Translations under genes and position numbers: made by a program
Part shown: positions 60,882 to 64,000 of the stretch, piece after piece
Layout: the number at the start of each line of letters is the position of its first letter
Position numbering within the stretch: position 1 is the stretch's first letter
Source of the DNA: Cyanophora paradoxa CCMP329
Lineage: Eukaryota; Plantae; Glaucophyta
NCBI GenBank assembly: GCA_004431415.1
Contig: QPMI01000190.1
Location: forward strand, 124,001-188,000
Reading direction: 5' to 3'
Length of the DNA stretch: 64,000 nucleotides
Notes under the pieces: model-generated
The model's database searches: none
Told to the model about the DNA's origin: nothing
What the model saw: the letters and a program-made list of their open reading frames with translations, nothing else

Positions 60882-63264
60882 ATGAGGGCGCGAGTGCGGC
60901 AGGCCGGGGCCGGCGAGCACCGAGTGCAGCCATACAGATCAGCTGCGAAGCGGCTGCGGGTCCCGCACGCAATCGCGCTGGGCGCGGCGGGCGCGGCAAT
61001 CGCGCTCCTGCTTCTGGCGGCGGGCGGTCAGGCTCTTCCCGATGACATATTCACCTACGGGTGCGCCCGAACCCCGACAGCGACGCGGCCGGCGCTCGTG
61101 CGGCGCCGGCGCCGCGCTCCAGCTCCCCAACCGCTCCCGCCATGTCCCCGCGGGTTGCTGACCACCGCCGCAGCCTCGTCATCGATGCGGGAAGCAGTGG
61201 CAGCCGCATCTCCATCTACCGGTGCCCTCTCCCATCCATCCCATCTCTACCGCTTCGTGCGAGAGCATCTGGGTTGATTTCTTGCAGCTTCGTGCCGCAG
61301 CACAACGGGATTTTCGCGGAACTTGAAGAGATCAACCCGAGCGAAACCAAGCTCTTAAGAGAGATTGAGCCGGTCTGAAACCAAGCATGCTTATATGGCA
61401 AAACGTGCTCTTGAAAATTTACTTGAAGTAGGGCATCTCGAGCTACGCGGAGGAGCCGCCCAAGGCCGGCGCGAGCCTTGCGCCGCTCATCGAGTTCGCG
61501 CGCGCGTTCGTGCCGGAGCAGCTGCACGAGAAGACCTCGCTTTTCCTCGGCGCGACGGCCGGCATGCGGCTCCTCACGCCCGACAAGCAGGAGGCCGTCC
61601 TCGCCGAGATCCGCGCCTGGCTCGCCGACCCCTCCAACAGCCCCTTCCACTTCGAGCACGCCAACGCCCGCATCATCTCCGGCGAGGAGGAGGGTCCGCC
61701 CCGCCCCCCGCCCCCCGCCCCGCCCCGCCCGGGCCGGCGCTCAGCGGCTGGGGTCGGGGTCGGGCAGGGGTCTTCGGGTGGATGCAGGTGAACTTCCTGC
61801 TGAAGAACCTGGGGATGGGGAAGGAGGTGACGGACGCGGCGAAGAGCGTGGCCGTGCTGGACCTCGGCGGCGCCTCCGCCCAGATCACCTTCGAGCCCGA
61901 GAGCGAGGCCCGCGCCCCTTAATTCGAATCCATCTTCTCCGCGCCCCGCCTCGCCTCGCCGACGAGGCGGGGCGCAGATCATGGCCGGCGTCTTCAACCT
62001 CGTCTTCGACGAGCTCGTGCACCGCCTCTACACGCACTCGTACCTCAACTTCGGGGCCGACCGCGCCCACGCCCGCCTCCTCGAGGCCCTCGTCGCCTCC
62101 GCCAAGGCCGGCGAGGCGCGCGTGCAGAACCCCTGCTACCTCAAGGGCTACGAGGAGGAGGCGAGCGTCGGGGGCCGGGCGGTCACCTTCGTGGGTACGG
62201 GGGAGGCCGGGGCCTGCAGGGAGCGCACCGCCGCCCTCCTCCTCAAGTCCTCCGCCTGCCTCAACGAGCCCTGCGCCGCCGCCGGCGTCTACCAGCCGCC
62301 CCTCGCCCCGGGCGTCGCCATCTTCGGGGTCTCCACGTACTACTACTACGCCAAGGGGCTGGGCCTGACGGACAAGAAGGGCCAGTGGAAGGGGAGCGCG
62401 CGGGAGCTGGCGGGGATCACGCGGGCGTTCTGCGGGCAGGCGTGGGCGGAGGCGAAGGCCAAGCACGAGAAGGAGCCGGCGAAGCGCCTGAAGACGGTCT
62501 GTTTCCGGGGCACCTACATCGAGGCGCTCCTCTCCGACGCCTTCGGCGCCCCCGCGTCCGCCCCGCCCCGCCCCGCCCCGCCCTACCCCGCCCCGCCCCG
62601 CCCGAAAGCCCTTGGCGCGCAGGGAGGAGAAGGTGCTGACGTTCGCGGGGGCGGTGGGAGACTCCGGTATGGGCACCGGCTGGACCCTCGGCATGCTCCT
62701 CTACGAGCTCCAGGCGCGCCCCGCCCCGCGCCGCCCCGCCCCGCGCCGCCCCGACGGCCGCGCAGCTGGTGCGGGTGGCGATGGCGGGGGACGCGCACCC
62801 GCCCAAGGCCTCGGCCGGCTCCTGCGCCGGCGGCGACGGCGAGCTCGCCGCCAGCCTCCCTGACTACGTGCGCCGCGGCCCGCCTGCGCGCACGGCCGCT
62901 GCGACGAGGCGGCGCGGCGCAGGTGGTCGTGCTCGACCGGACGACGCACTACGCGACGCTGGGGATCGTGGCCGCGCTCGCCCTCGCCGTCGGCTGGGGC
63001 GCCGGCTCCTCCGGCCTCTGCTCCGCCTTCCAGCGCTCCTGGGCCGCCTTCCGCGTGCGCGCCTCCGGCCCGGCCGGCCGCCGCGCGGACCTCGAGGCGG
63101 GGCCAGCGCCGGCCCCGGCGCCCGAGCGCGAGGCCGGGGGGCCCGGGGGCGGGGGCCGCCAGTCGCGCCCCTCCTTCCACAAGGCCGGCGACAAGGTCTC
63201 CGACTTCGGCTCCGGGGACGAGCTGCTCTACCCCTCCAACGGCAAGACCAGCACCTTCGTCTAG
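60882..63264 (+). CDS. GDA1/CD39-family apyrase (NTPDase) with N- and C-terminal TM segments
   Basis: ACR1 VIDAGSSGSR, ACR2 ATAGMRLL, ACR3 ISGEEEG..GW, ACR4 DLGGASAQ, ACR5 WTLG. Confidence 0.95.
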
Positions 63265-63577
63265 GCCGAGGGCCCCTCGCCTCCTCTCCCCTCTCTCCAC
63301 CCCAGCATCCCCTCCACCCCCTTTTTTTGAAGTAGTGGTAGCTGCTAGGGATCGACGTCGATGCAGTAATAACCGGAACTCGAACGGATTCGAATCGATC
63401 GCGCAAGTTGATCGCGCGGACCACGCACGCGCGTCGTCAAGAAACGGTATGGATCAGTACACTCACAAGATGCCTACATGTGCGAAGTAGTTGAAACTGC
63501 ATGGTTACGTGTTACATGCTCCCTAGGGCGCTAACAGAGAAAGAAAGAGAGAAGAGAGCGGATGCGGGATCCGATGA

Positions 63578-64000
63578 TCAGATGTTGGCCCAGGCCGCGT
63601 CGCGCTTGCTGAAGAGGGAGAGGACCTGGGGCGGGCAAGCTTGGCGGGGCGGACGGGCGGGCGGGACGCTTAAGCTCGAGGGGCGCACGCTGAAGATGAC
63701 GCCGAAGAAGAGGAGGATATCGAAGGCGAGGACTGTCCCGCCGACGGCGCGGAAGCTGTTCGCGAGGCTCGCCTGCACCTTGGGGAAGCAGGCGACGCTC
63801 GTCGAGGGCTGGAAGCTGCAGCTCGCCGGGCAGTAGAGCCGCAGCGACGCGTCCGCCGCGTCCGTGCACGGCTTGTCGAAGCCCGAGCAGCCCAAATCCC
63901 GCATCAGGTCGCACACCGCCTACCCCCCTGTCAGGAAGAGAGCGCAGCTGGGGCGGGCGCGAGGCCGTCTCACTGTTGGATCCTTCGCCACCGATTTCGC
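63578..64000 (-). CDS. 3' end of a tetraspanin-like membrane protein (partial)
   Basis: Cys-rich loop LGCSGF..PC...YC..SC...AC followed by TM VGGTVLAFDILLFFGVIFS|VLSLF. Confidence 0.45.

Overview
Gene-dense, very GC-rich eukaryotic nuclear DNA with many short (about 50-110 nt) spliceosomal introns: GT-AG plus frequent GC-AG, CTGAC-like branch points, and C-rich intron bodies. Phe-containing transit-peptide-like N-termini and a cyanobacterial-type DHH-CBS gene suggest an archaeplastid alga, possibly a glaucophyte (inference). About 22 spliced genes were reconstructed by hand, so exon boundaries are approximate unless stated. They include a GPAT, an F-box/LRR protein, a p25-alpha/EF-hand protein, an EcKinase/APH-like kinase, GGPP synthase, a USP half, LPEAT/LPCAT, DENN, rhomboid, a tandem class III cyclase, an alpha/beta hydrolase, GNAT, SET, DHH-CBS, apyrase and a tetraspanin-like end. 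Two observations stand out. (1) A non-coding miniature LTR retrotransposon (TRIM; 144-bp LTRs, PBS, PPT, GTGG target-site duplication) at 48539-49546 whose LTRs carry a tRNA-like Pol III A/B-box module, and which has been rearranged into a minus/plus/minus structure with a 106-bp perfect palindrome. (2) A pervasive palindrome-generating insertion process in non-coding DNA, directly visible by comparing a gene 3' end with its decayed duplicate. Also notable: a 108-aa four-beta-strand orphan, a cyclase with reversed C1/C2 order but adenylyl specificity residues, a 6-nt microexon, and a perfect 3x94-bp nested repeat.
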